This document shows positions 19,127 through 28,604 of a DNA stretch of 64,000 nt, one piece after another. The DNA comes from Promethearchaeota archaeon (GTDB taxonomy: Archaea > Asgardarchaeota > Lokiarchaeia > Sigyniarchaeales > SOKP01): positions 160,001-224,000 of the forward strand of contig JAHPZA010000004.1 in NCBI GenBank assembly GCA_019058445.1. Reading direction: 5' to 3'. The translations under genes and the position numbers were made by a program. The number at the start of each line of letters is the position of its first letter. Within the stretch, counting starts at the first letter, position 1. The notes under the pieces were generated by a model. The model was not told the DNA's origin. It saw only the letters and a list, made by a program, of their open reading frames with translations, and did not search any database.

Positions 19127-20542
19127 TTAACCAATATTTGGTCTTTTATCTTGCCAAGGAGCTACTTCTTCGAAAGCTTTTGAAACTTGAAGAACAGTTT
19201 TTTCATCATATCTCTTTCCAATAATCTGCATTCCAATTGGTAACCCGTTTATCCAACCACAAGGAATTGACGCGGCGGGAAGTCCGGTCATGTTAAATGG
19301 ATATGTATAATTCATCCAACCCACAAATGATACACCTTTTCCAGCGATCATTGGAACAGTTGTGGCACCCAACTCAAATGCAGGTACAGGCGTTGTAGGA
19401 GTAAGTAAAATATCATAGTCTTCAAATAATTTGTGAAATACATCATAGACTGTCTGTCTTACTGCCCAAGCTTTACCTATGTCCATCGCATTATATGAAA
19501 TCCCAGCCTCAATTAAGCGCTTTAAATCAGGGCTTAAATCGTCAGGTCTTTTGCTCAGATCTTTTTTTAAATCAAACGCATAACCCATGGTGACTAGTAC
19601 ATTGAATCCAAATTCAGGCTTTCTTAATTTAATTTTTGCTTCTTCTACGTTCCAACTAAAATTTTCAAATTTTGGAACACTTTCAAGGAACTTTTTTTCA
19701 ACCTCGGGTTCAATTGCTTTAGAAAATCCTAAATCAATGGAATAACCAATTTTCAGGTTTTTAGGGATCTCTTTAAGGCTTTTTACGTAATCCGTACCCT
19801 CATCTGGAAATGTGTTTTTATCAAAAGGATGAAATCCTTTCATAACGTCCAACATTAACGCAGCATCCTTCACATATCGGACAATTGGTCCATAATGATC
19901 CATTGACCAAAATGCGATTCCAATAGGAGGATACCGTGGAATTCGCCCAAATGTTGGCTTTAAACCATAAACACCACATAAACAACTTGGAAGTCGAATT
20001 GAGCCTCCACCATCAGATCCTAAAGCTAATGGTCCTAAACCACTAGCGACTGATGCTGCTGCTCCACCACTTGAACCCCCGGAGGTTTTTTCTAAATTCC
20101 AAGGATTTTTAGTCTGACCAAAGATGTAATTTTGAGTAACTGGAATATGTCCGAATTCAGGTGTATTTGTTTTTCCCATTAATACGCAATTTGCATTTAA
20201 TAACCTTTGAACAGCTAGATCGTTTTGTTTGGGGATAAAGTCTTTATATAATTTAGAACCATAAGTTGTTCTAACACCTTTAGTTTGCATTAAATCTTTT
20301 ATACTTGTGGGAATACCATGCAAAAGTCCTAATTTTTCACCTTTTTTAACCGCCTCATCGGCCTTTTTAGCCATTTCCCTTGCTAAATCTAAAGTGGGTG
20401 TGCAATAAGCATTAATTATCGGATTTATTTTTTCAATTCTTTCAATTATAGCTTCGGTAATTTCTACAGAGGTTATGTCTTGAGTTTTTATTTTTTCGGC
20501 CATATCACAAGCAGACATATAACAAATATCTTCCTTATTCAT
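19127..20542 (-). CDS. amidase signature family enzyme
   Basis: Lys-Ser-Ser triad (SIKDL, SGGSSGG, GSDGGGSIR). The likely start is the ATG at 20542 (MNKEDICY), not 20632. Confidence 0.92.
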   Translation of the reverse strand: MNKEDICYMSACDMAEKIKTQDITSVEITEAIIERIEKINPIINAYCTPTLDLAREMAKKADEAVKKGEKLGLLHGIPTSIKDLMQTKGVRTTYGSKLYKDFIPKQNDLAVQRLLNANCVLMGKTNTPEFGHIPVTQNYIFGQTKNPWNLEKTSGGSSGGAAASVASGLGPLALGSDGGGSIRLPSCLCGVYGLKPTFGRIPRYPPIGIAFWSMDHYGPIVRYVKDAALMLDVMKGFHPFDKNTFPDEGTDYVKSLKEIPKNLKIGYSIDLGFSKAIEPEVEKKFLESVPKFENFSWNVEEAKIKLRKPEFGFNVLVTMGYAFDLKKDLSKRPDDLSPDLKRLIEAGISYNAMDIGKAWAVRQTVYDVFHKLFEDYDILLTPTTPVPAFELGATTVPMIAGKGVSFVGWMNYTYPFNMTGLPAASIPCGWINGLPIGMQIIGKRYDEKTVLQVSKAFEEVAPWQDKRPNIG

Positions 20543-20669
20543 TTTCGCTCCACTTAAAGAATAGTTAATTGAAATATAATTAGTTAATTTAAAATTTAAA
20601 TTTTGATTATTTAAAATAATAATTCTGAACAAAAATTGAAAAACACTAGACTATTAATTAGAAAGAAGA

Positions 20670-21332
20670 TTGAAATATAAGAAATTATTTTTTTACAGTT
20701 TTCTCTTAGTAACTATTTTTTCATTGTTTTTGAGTGTAAATGTGTATGCTCAAGACTATAAATTTGATCACGAGGAGGATGATTCATTCGTGTGGGAATG
20801 TACAGAGCTAAACAAATATGAGTTTGAACGAGTCTTTGGATTTGAACCCTCCTTCGAAAAAGGGGATAAAACCAGGAGAACTATTCAGGATGTTGATGAA
20901 AATGCCGATGGATGGTTTGTAACTGTAGAATTTTGGGATTTTCAAAAGGATTGGGATGAGGATGGTGCGATTATATATGAACAAGTATATGACAGCCCAA
21001 GTGACTATGAGGACAACATTTTTTTACCCACCCCCGTAAATGAATATCTGGCTGATGCAAGTGACGATTTACCCTCAAATTATATAGTAGAAGGGCAAAG
21101 AGTCACTATTAGAGAAACAGAATATGATCGGATTCTTGAGTATGATGCTAACGGAGTTTTATTTTCAGAATCATATGAAAATAAAGACGGAATTGTTTTA
21201 GTAAAGGTAGAAAGTACTTTACGAATTATCCCTATGGGAAATTTCTTTATTGGATTTATTATTTTAGCTGTTCTATCTATCATTGTTGTAATGATAAAGA
21301 AGAAAAAGTATTTGATAGTCGAATATATTTAG
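20670..21332 (+). CDS. secreted, C-terminally membrane-anchored hypothetical protein
   Basis: Signal-peptide-like N-terminus, acidic ectodomain (FVWECTE...FWDF...FLPTP...YDANGVL), C-terminal TM followed by KKKK. Confidence 0.7.
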   Translation: MKYKKLFFYSFLLVTIFSLFLSVNVYAQDYKFDHEEDDSFVWECTELNKYEFERVFGFEPSFEKGDKTRRTIQDVDENADGWFVTVEFWDFQKDWDEDGAIIYEQVYDSPSDYEDNIFLPTPVNEYLADASDDLPSNYIVEGQRVTIRETEYDRILEYDANGVLFSESYENKDGIVLVKVESTLRIIPMGNFFIGFIILAVLSIIVVMIKKKKYLIVEYI

Positions 21333-21461
21333 ATGTAATGAATCTTTTCCCAGTTTCTTAGCTAAATCAATATTTAGTCATTATGTTTTCAAATCAAAAG
21401 TATTATATTAGCCATTATTATATAATGCTTAGATATAAGAATAGTTAAAAGTGAATTTTAA

Positions 21462-23126
21462 ATGTCAAGTTTAAGTCTTAAAAAATTAGCAAATTTTTCC
21501 GGACGCGATGGTCCTCTCGTTTTAATCATTATGGATGGAATAGGGATTGGAAAGGAAGAGAACAATAATGCCTTCTATTTAGCGAAAACATCGTTTTTGG
21601 ATAAATTAAAGCAAGATTGTATTAAGATGAAATTATACACAGAACTTAAGGCACATGGAACTGCTGTAGGACTCCCTTCAGATGAAGAGATGGGAAACAG
21701 CGAAGTAGGTCATAATGCATTTGGAGCAGGAAATATTGTTAAGCAAAGAGCACGTTTAGCCAAGGAAGCTATTGAGAGTAAAAAACTATTTAATAGCCAT
21801 AAATGGTTAAAACTTATGGAATACATACATACAACTAGTAGTACATTACATTTCATAGGATTATTATCTGATGGATATGTTCATAGCCACATCTCCCATT
21901 TATTAGGATTATTATATGGATCATTTAATTCTAACATTAAGAAAGTAAGAATCCATACGCTTTTTGATGGGAGAGATGTTCCCCCTCAATCAGCTCCGTT
22001 ATATATTGAGGAATTAGAAAAGGTACTTAATAACATCATGGAAACAAAGGATCTTGACTATAAAATCGCTTCTGGAGGGGGAAGGATGAGAGTTACGATG
22101 GATAGGTATAATTCAGATTGGGAAGTAGTCAGAAGAGGGTGGGAGGCTCATGTATGTGGAATCCCTGAGAGATTTCCAGGGTATAAAGGGTATTTTTTTA
22201 CTGCAAGAGAAGCGGTAAATCAAGCTAGAATTATAGATCCTAATATTCTTGATCAATATTTACCCTCTTTTGTAATTGTAAACGAATCGCAATTTCCGAT
22301 TGGAAAAATGGAGGAAGGGGATGCTGTAATTTATTTCAATTTTCGAGGAGATAGAGCCATCCAAATTTCAAGAGCATTTGATGAGGACAAGTTCTCTGAG
22401 TTTGAAAAAAAATGTAACCCTAAAGTGCATTATTATGGCTTATTGCAGTATGACGATAAACTTATGATTCCAAAAAATTATTTCATCGATCCACCTAAAA
22501 TATACAATACTCTATCGGATTATTTATCATCAGAGGGAGTGAGGGAATTCGCGATCGCAGAGACTCATAAGTATGGACACATTACATATTTTTGGAGAGG
22601 AAATCGGGATATAAAAATCAAAGGTGAAGATTGTATGGAAATTAAATCGGATCCTTCCGAAACTATCAAAGATCAACCAGAAATGAAAGCATTTGAAGTA
22701 AAGAGGGAGTTGGAAAGTGCAATTTTATCAGGAAATTATAAATTTTTGAGAGTTAATTTTGCAAATGGGGATATGGTTGGTCATACAGGAGATATCGATG
22801 CTGCTATCATCGCAGCCGAGACCGTTGATAAATGTGTTATGGAGATAGTGGACATAGTAAATGAATTGGGCGGGCTCACAATAATTACTGCAGATCATGG
22901 AAATATCGACGAAATGGAAAAATATAAAACAGCTCATACTTTAAATCCTGTAATGTTTGCAATTGTGGACTCTGGATATTATGATATGTACCATGTAACC
23001 AACAAATATGTAATAAATGAAAATCTCCAAGAACCAGCATTGGGGAATGTCGCCGCTACAATACTTAACTTACTCGGTTATGAAAAACCCGAAGATTATT
23101 TGGATTCCTTAATAACTTTCATTTAG
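21462..23126 (+). CDS. gpmI: 2,3-bisphosphoglycerate-independent phosphoglycerate mutase
   Basis: LIIMDG, AHGTAVGLPSDEEMGNSEVGH, TMDRY, FNFRGDRA, ETHKYGHITYF, NFANGDMVGHTG, TADHGN. Confidence 0.95.
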   Translation: MSSLSLKKLANFSGRDGPLVLIIMDGIGIGKEENNNAFYLAKTSFLDKLKQDCIKMKLYTELKAHGTAVGLPSDEEMGNSEVGHNAFGAGNIVKQRARLAKEAIESKKLFNSHKWLKLMEYIHTTSSTLHFIGLLSDGYVHSHISHLLGLLYGSFNSNIKKVRIHTLFDGRDVPPQSAPLYIEELEKVLNNIMETKDLDYKIASGGGRMRVTMDRYNSDWEVVRRGWEAHVCGIPERFPGYKGYFFTAREAVNQARIIDPNILDQYLPSFVIVNESQFPIGKMEEGDAVIYFNFRGDRAIQISRAFDEDKFSEFEKKCNPKVHYYGLLQYDDKLMIPKNYFIDPPKIYNTLSDYLSSEGVREFAIAETHKYGHITYFWRGNRDIKIKGEDCMEIKSDPSETIKDQPEMKAFEVKRELESAILSGNYKFLRVNFANGDMVGHTGDIDAAIIAAETVDKCVMEIVDIVNELGGLTIITADHGNIDEMEKYKTAHTLNPVMFAIVDSGYYDMYHVTNKYVINENLQEPALGNVAATILNLLGYEKPEDYLDSLITFI

Positions 23127-23168
23127 TTGAACAATTCTTTTATTATTATAAGAAATATATAGATTAAC

Positions 23169-24272
23169 ATGATTGAAGATTTACTTATCATTAATGATTC
23201 GGGTCTTCTCTTATTCGGCTGGCATCCTGAAGAAGCAACCGGAGAGGACCAAGATAATCTAATTAGTGGTTTCTTTACTGCACTTAATTCTTTTGCCACC
23301 TTTGAAAAAGGAGAGGATTTAAAATCTATAAAACTAAGAGAATCCACTATTATTTTCGAGAAATATGAAAAATTATTTCAAAAGCTAGTTTTCATAATAA
23401 CTACTAAAAATGAACAAATGATTACTTTACTTCATTCTATTGTTCATGTTATAATGGATTCCTTTATTGATAACTACACTGAAGAATTAGATAAAGAATT
23501 CGATGGATCTGTCAGTACTTTTCGTGATTTCACAGAAATAATAAGTCAAATCTTAAGTGATTTTGGAATGGATTTGATTTTGCATGATATTGCTCGAATA
23601 GATGATAAAGATATCTTAAAAGCATTTATTTTACTCAACCCTCTTGATGGGAATATACTGTTTATTCATGCAAAACAATATATTAATAAAGAAGATATTA
23701 GCTTTCTAGTACCTCTTATGAAAAATACCGGACAAATGGTGGCCCATATTTCTAATGAAAATTTGAATATAATCACTCTTACAACTATCAAAAACGAACA
23801 CTTAGAATTGATATTTCGAGAAAGAGTTGTGGTAGTGAGATTCTACGTAATTGATAAGAAATCTGATGATCATTTATTAGTATTAGACTTCATAAAAAAT
23901 AAAGAAAAATTACTAAAGAAATCAAAAAAAGTAGAAAAAATGCTTGGTAATATTCATTGGGGTTCAAATATTAGATCTGTTATTTTTATCGATTTATTAG
24001 GTAATATATTATTCTCAAAAGTAATGGAAAACGCAAGTTATTTTTTGAAAAATACTACAGAAATTATTAGTTTTATAAGTTCTTGTAAAAAAGCGAGTGA
24101 AACAATTTTTAACAAAGACATGTTTTCCTCGTCTATTGTAAGTCAACAAAACTCAGCAATTTGTATAAATTTAAATACAAGCATTTTATTCGCAGTAATG
24201 GATAATATGGAATCTTCCTATAATTTTCAAGAATTAAGAGATACCGGTCGAGAATTACTCAAAAAAATTTGA
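23169..24272 (+). CDS. longin domain plus two roadblock/LAMTOR-like domains (Asgard eukaryotic-signature protein)
   Basis: N-terminal LLIINDSGLLLF...LISGFFTALNSFA longin pattern, followed by two units of the type AFILLNPLDGNILF and SVIFIDLLGNILFS. Confidence 0.7.
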   Translation: MIEDLLIINDSGLLLFGWHPEEATGEDQDNLISGFFTALNSFATFEKGEDLKSIKLRESTIIFEKYEKLFQKLVFIITTKNEQMITLLHSIVHVIMDSFIDNYTEELDKEFDGSVSTFRDFTEIISQILSDFGMDLILHDIARIDDKDILKAFILLNPLDGNILFIHAKQYINKEDISFLVPLMKNTGQMVAHISNENLNIITLTTIKNEHLELIFRERVVVVRFYVIDKKSDDHLLVLDFIKNKEKLLKKSKKVEKMLGNIHWGSNIRSVIFIDLLGNILFSKVMENASYFLKNTTEIISFISSCKKASETIFNKDMFSSSIVSQQNSAICINLNTSILFAVMDNMESSYNFQELRDTGRELLKKI

Positions 24273-24352
24273 ATTTATATTTATAAGTTATAAAATTTAT
24301 AAACTAAACATATAATCATATTAATTAAAGAAAACAAATTAAAGATGTTATT

Positions 24353-25411
24353 ATGGTTGATCTTTGGGTTGAACTTCTCATTATCCAAACTATATTTGGA
24401 TACTGCTTTGTAATTGCAAATGATCTTATTGGTTTATACAACGCTAAAGATCTCAACGTAATGAAAAGTGATTTGACTTTTGTAAAATACCACAAACTAT
24501 TCGGACGAATAGAAGTTTCAGTATTTTATATTGTAGCCGCCCAATGTCTATATATGCTCTATGTTCATATGACAGTCGGGGACCCTAACTTGTACAGACC
24601 TACAGGTCTTGCGGCTCACACATGGATTGGCGGATTTTTAGCCGTTGTGCTCGTTACGATAAAATTCATTATAGCTCGATTTAAAAAAGATGAAATTTAC
24701 AAGTATGGTATTATAATCGGACCAATTGGATTTATCGGATGGAGTTTATCTCATTGGACAAGCTTGTATAATTTTTATTTTGTGGTATTACCTAGTTCAG
24801 GAGATACCACTACAATTGCTCCAAATAATTTCATTTGGGCTGCAATTTTTCCGTTTTTTGTGGGAATTGCATTATTCATGTTTGTTTTGATTAAGAGAGG
24901 GCATCAGAGAAAAGAAAGAGGACGTTTCGCATTCGATCAAATCGCATTTTTATTACATGGCATAACTTTTGGCTATGAAAAATCTGCTAAAGAATTATTA
25001 GGTACCCCCGCTCTTTTCAAATACGTAGTACCTCAAACATATGAATTTATTGAAAAGATGATGACGATGTCCGGATTTGATATGAAGAAGCTTGAAAGCA
25101 TGAGCATTTCTGATGCGATGAAAGAATTTATGAAAATGGCAGCAAAATTAGGTATGGCAGAAAAAGTTAAAATAAGATGGGAATCCGAAAATGTGTTTAC
25201 TATTGAATCTATAAATTGTTCTACTGCCGCGGTTCGCAGTGTCATGACTCCTGAAGAGCTGACCAATGCCGTATGTCCTTGGGCCCTTATTACAGCAGCA
25301 ATTATGAATAAAATCACCGGAAAAGAACTGAAATTTGAGCCTTCAGAATTTAATCAAATCGGAGCAAGCACAAGGCTCACTATTGTAGATAAACCCTCAT
25401 CATCCCAATAA
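24353..25411 (+). CDS. membrane protein: cytochrome b561/DUF6529-like TM domain fused to a V4R/MetOD1-like domain
   Basis: About 5 TM segments with YHKLFG, AHTWIGG, K....R and WTS. Soluble C-terminus contains NCSTA...VCPWALIT. Confidence 0.6.
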   Translation: MVDLWVELLIIQTIFGYCFVIANDLIGLYNAKDLNVMKSDLTFVKYHKLFGRIEVSVFYIVAAQCLYMLYVHMTVGDPNLYRPTGLAAHTWIGGFLAVVLVTIKFIIARFKKDEIYKYGIIIGPIGFIGWSLSHWTSLYNFYFVVLPSSGDTTTIAPNNFIWAAIFPFFVGIALFMFVLIKRGHQRKERGRFAFDQIAFLLHGITFGYEKSAKELLGTPALFKYVVPQTYEFIEKMMTMSGFDMKKLESMSISDAMKEFMKMAAKLGMAEKVKIRWESENVFTIESINCSTAAVRSVMTPEELTNAVCPWALITAAIMNKITGKELKFEPSEFNQIGASTRLTIVDKPSSSQ

Positions 25412-25414
25412 TCT

Positions 25415-25963
25415 ATGAAACTTGGAAAAAATTATACGATTCATTCTGAGTTAGCTTTACCATATTTGGAAACTCCAGAAGACCACATAAGAGCAATTTT
25501 TAAAACTCTGGAGATAAAGTTTGGATTGAAAAGAGATTCGAAGCAAAAATTAATTGACTTAGGGTGTGGTGATGGACGAGTTGTGTTATATGCAGCATTA
25601 AATTATGGCGTCTTATCAATAGGCTACGAAATTAATCCAGATTTAGTGAAAGAGGCTTTAGAGCAAAAAGACCTCTTGAAAAAAGAGAAAAAGTATAAAA
25701 GTAAATATTTTCGGAAAATAAAAATCAAAATGGGAGATTTATTTAACCTCAATTTAAAAAAATATGATTTTATTTACATATTTTCTCTTCCTACTATGCA
25801 AAAATTTTTACATCACGTATTTCAAACAGCTAAACCAAAAGCAACCTTCATCTCATACAAATATCCCCTTGATCAATTTAAAACTTATTTAAAACTACAT
25901 TACAAAATGACTATTCAGAGTGAAAGCCGGGAAACTTATATATATTTCTATAGGATGATGTGA
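25415..25963 (+). CDS. class I SAM-dependent methyltransferase, aKMT/FAM173-like protein lysine methyltransferase
   Basis: LPYLETP, IDLGCGDGR, GYEINP, GDLF...YDFIYIF, ISYKYP. Confidence 0.75.
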   Translation: MKLGKNYTIHSELALPYLETPEDHIRAIFKTLEIKFGLKRDSKQKLIDLGCGDGRVVLYAALNYGVLSIGYEINPDLVKEALEQKDLLKKEKKYKSKYFRKIKIKMGDLFNLNLKKYDFIYIFSLPTMQKFLHHVFQTAKPKATFISYKYPLDQFKTYLKLHYKMTIQSESRETYIYFYRMM

Positions 25964-26086
25964 ATAAGCACAAAAAATTTCAATTATAGGGCTTATTCTC
26001 AATACTAACTTTAGATTAGTAAGGTAAGTTTAAATTAGTTATTTATGATATCTTTTATAAATCTAACAAAAAATAGTTGATAGAAA

Positions 26087-26614
26087 ATGAGTTTGGCAGA
26101 TACTTTAGCAAAGGCTAAATTTAAAGAAGAATCCAAGGGCTTCCGACATAAATTGTCCGTATTTATTCTAATCATAATTGTGCTGGGATATATCTTTTTA
26201 TTTGGATATTTAGCCTATGTTTCAGCCTCGGCATATGGGATAAGATTTGAAGTAAAGGATTTTGAAGACTCCCAACCAACCAATACCTCAATAGGTATTG
26301 ATGGAAGTGTGATTATAAAGAATACGCACTGGTATTCAGCGGATATAACTAATATTAAGATAAAAATGAGTATATACACTGATGATGATGTGAAGATTAA
26401 ATCGAAAACAGTTGAAAAAAAGATTATTCCGAGACTAAAAAAATCCGAGATTGATTTAGATTTTACCTTTGAACCAGAAGATTTTGATAACTTTGCGGAT
26501 TTTGAGAGTTTAAACCACACAGACGAGCTCGAGATTAAATTCGACGTTGTATTTACATATGCTTATGTTTATACTATAGATTTTGAAATTACCATGGACA
26601 CGGAGTTGGAATAG
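26087..26614 (+). CDS. single-TM protein with LEA_2-like beta-sandwich
   Basis: N-terminal TM followed by beta-rich IIKNTHWYSADITNIKI...IPRL...IDLDF. Confidence 0.55.
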   Translation: MSLADTLAKAKFKEESKGFRHKLSVFILIIIVLGYIFLFGYLAYVSASAYGIRFEVKDFEDSQPTNTSIGIDGSVIIKNTHWYSADITNIKIKMSIYTDDDVKIKSKTVEKKIIPRLKKSEIDLDFTFEPEDFDNFADFESLNHTDELEIKFDVVFTYAYVYTIDFEITMDTELE

Positions 26615-26628
26615 AGGTGATCAAATAA

Positions 26629-27102
26629 ATGGGCTATTGGATAAATTGGGTTACACTCTTTAGAAATTTAATAACATCCGTGCTTTTTGGATTGGTTATA
26701 CCGTATTATCTAATAAATTATATTGATCCTCAGGGTAACCTTTTTGATTTAGGAGCGGTTCTCTTTAACGGGATTATTTTTGTTGTGGTATATACCATCT
26801 ACGGAATCTTTAAAAAAGATTTGGTTATTCGATTTCTTATAGGTATTGGTTGGATAGCTACATTAGTTTACTTCTATACTGTAGGAAATAATTTCTTTAC
26901 TTTCTATTTACCGGGCTGTGGTTTTGGGTATTCTTGTCTTGATGGAAGCTATAGGGGAATAGATTTTAAATTCGGATATAATTACGCTTGGGTAATTTAT
27001 GCTATGCTTGGCTTAAAAGGCTTAAATCTTCTCAGGCATCTAGTTAAACCTCCAGAGCAAAAATATAAATATTTAACAATTAGCGACAGATTTAGCAAAT
27101 AA
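26629..27102 (+). CDS. hypothetical membrane protein
   Basis: About 4 hydrophobic segments; GAGGTGA SD-like motif just upstream; 14 nt from the preceding gene. Confidence 0.65.
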   Translation: MGYWINWVTLFRNLITSVLFGLVIPYYLINYIDPQGNLFDLGAVLFNGIIFVVVYTIYGIFKKDLVIRFLIGIGWIATLVYFYTVGNNFFTFYLPGCGFGYSCLDGSYRGIDFKFGYNYAWVIYAMLGLKGLNLLRHLVKPPEQKYKYLTISDRFSK

Positions 27103-27205
27103 GCTAATTTTTTTTTTTATTATATTTCAGTTTATTAAACTTCTATATTATACATAAAAATAAAGAATTTAATTAGAATAATTGAAAGAAACTTATAAAA
27201 GTGCT

Positions 27206-28474
27206 TTAGAGATAAGTCAATTTATATCCTTTGAGACGTTTTCGAACCTCTTTAAAAATTTGGCTTTCAAGTTCTTTTTGTATTTCTAGGTTGTTTGCTG
27301 CTACGTATTCTCTTAGTTGAGTCTTGTTTAAAGTAGTCTGACCACTTATTTTTAGCCAAGTTAACATCTCTGAAACAATTTTCCCTCCATTTCCCCTCAT
27401 AAACTCGGGTAGATAACAATCTGCTTGCGCCCTCGACATATAAACTGTATACACAAATAATCCTTTAGCATCTAATTTTTTATACACATGAGGAATAACA
27501 GGGTGGTCAAAGATCATCATATGAATATTTTTACCTGCTTTTTGAATTTTTTTATAGAGTGGCATCCATTCATCTTCTCCATCTTGGGGTACTCCCGGTT
27601 TGAAACCTGGAACCCACTGAATACCATCCGTGATTTTTAAAATATCATCGAGATATTTTATTTCTTCTGGACCATCTAAATGATATATCGAATAATCCAT
27701 ATGTTCTGCTTGTTCCTTTAAGTCGGGGAGCACAAATCTTTCGAAAAACTTCGGATTAAGCATTACACTAAAGTCACACTGCATTGTATAATACCTTTTA
27801 GGACACCATACATTTAACCAACTATTACATCCATCTACGTATTTGTTTATAATGTCCTGTAACTCATCATAAACTTTTAAATATTTTTCCATGATTATGG
27901 CCCGGCATGTATCTATTAACTCGGGATTGCGTTTCATTTGAATTATGATCTTTTGCGAACCAAGAAATGATACTAATATATCTAATATCCCTCCTAAATC
28001 AGTCATCGAAACACAATAATTATGTTTCGCACCTCGCTTTGCAGCAATTTCCGTTGTTCGTTTTAATCTTACATACCACTCGTTATTGTTATTTAATTTC
28101 GCACTTTCAAGAACGGAAATAATATCCTTGACTTCAGTAGGTTGATCAAACCACATAGTTCCTGATTTGTATTCTGGAGTAACTCCCAGAACCGATGCCA
28201 TGATGCCAGGTCCATAATTTGGAAAATAAGAGGGAATACATTCACCACCATACACTAATCCATCACTATATTTTTCGAAGGTGTCAAGAATTGGTTCAAT
28301 ACCATCCCATTTCTTACATAGCTCAAAATTTAAGGCACTTGCGGCGATTGCTGCCTTTTCTGAACCTGGACCTTCCAGGATATTATATGAAATTACCGGT
28401 CTATCCATACTTTCATGATCCCACCATGCAGCCATTCGTTCTTTTGCTTCTTGTAAATCTTCTTTAAGAATCAT
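27206..28474 (-). CDS. uroporphyrinogen decarboxylase-superfamily protein (corrinoid methyltransferase-associated type)
   Basis: ERMAAWW..ESMDRP, PNYGPG, MQCDFSVM, YHLDGP, IQWVPG. Confidence 0.8.
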   Translation of the reverse strand: MILKEDLQEAKERMAAWWDHESMDRPVISYNILEGPGSEKAAIAASALNFELCKKWDGIEPILDTFEKYSDGLVYGGECIPSYFPNYGPGIMASVLGVTPEYKSGTMWFDQPTEVKDIISVLESAKLNNNNEWYVRLKRTTEIAAKRGAKHNYCVSMTDLGGILDILVSFLGSQKIIIQMKRNPELIDTCRAIIMEKYLKVYDELQDIINKYVDGCNSWLNVWCPKRYYTMQCDFSVMLNPKFFERFVLPDLKEQAEHMDYSIYHLDGPEEIKYLDDILKITDGIQWVPGFKPGVPQDGEDEWMPLYKKIQKAGKNIHMMIFDHPVIPHVYKKLDAKGLFVYTVYMSRAQADCYLPEFMRGNGGKIVSEMLTWLKISGQTTLNKTQLREYVAANNLEIQKELESQIFKEVRKRLKGYKLTYL

Positions 28475-28604
28475 AATAAAACCTAATTTCCTGTGATTAA
28501 TATTTATTAAAAATGTTTAAAGAATTAAAAGGCTACTTTTAATAATGATATAGCTATTTGACTTAAGCTTTAAGAATCATAAAAAAAAGAGAATTAAGTG
28601 ATAA

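Noticed and set aside
19127-20632. Amidase as GatA, and the 30-aa N-terminal extension in the ORF track
   Set aside because: There are no gatB/gatC neighbours and only general amidase features. The extension is AT-rich intergenic sequence, and homology starts at MNKEDICY.
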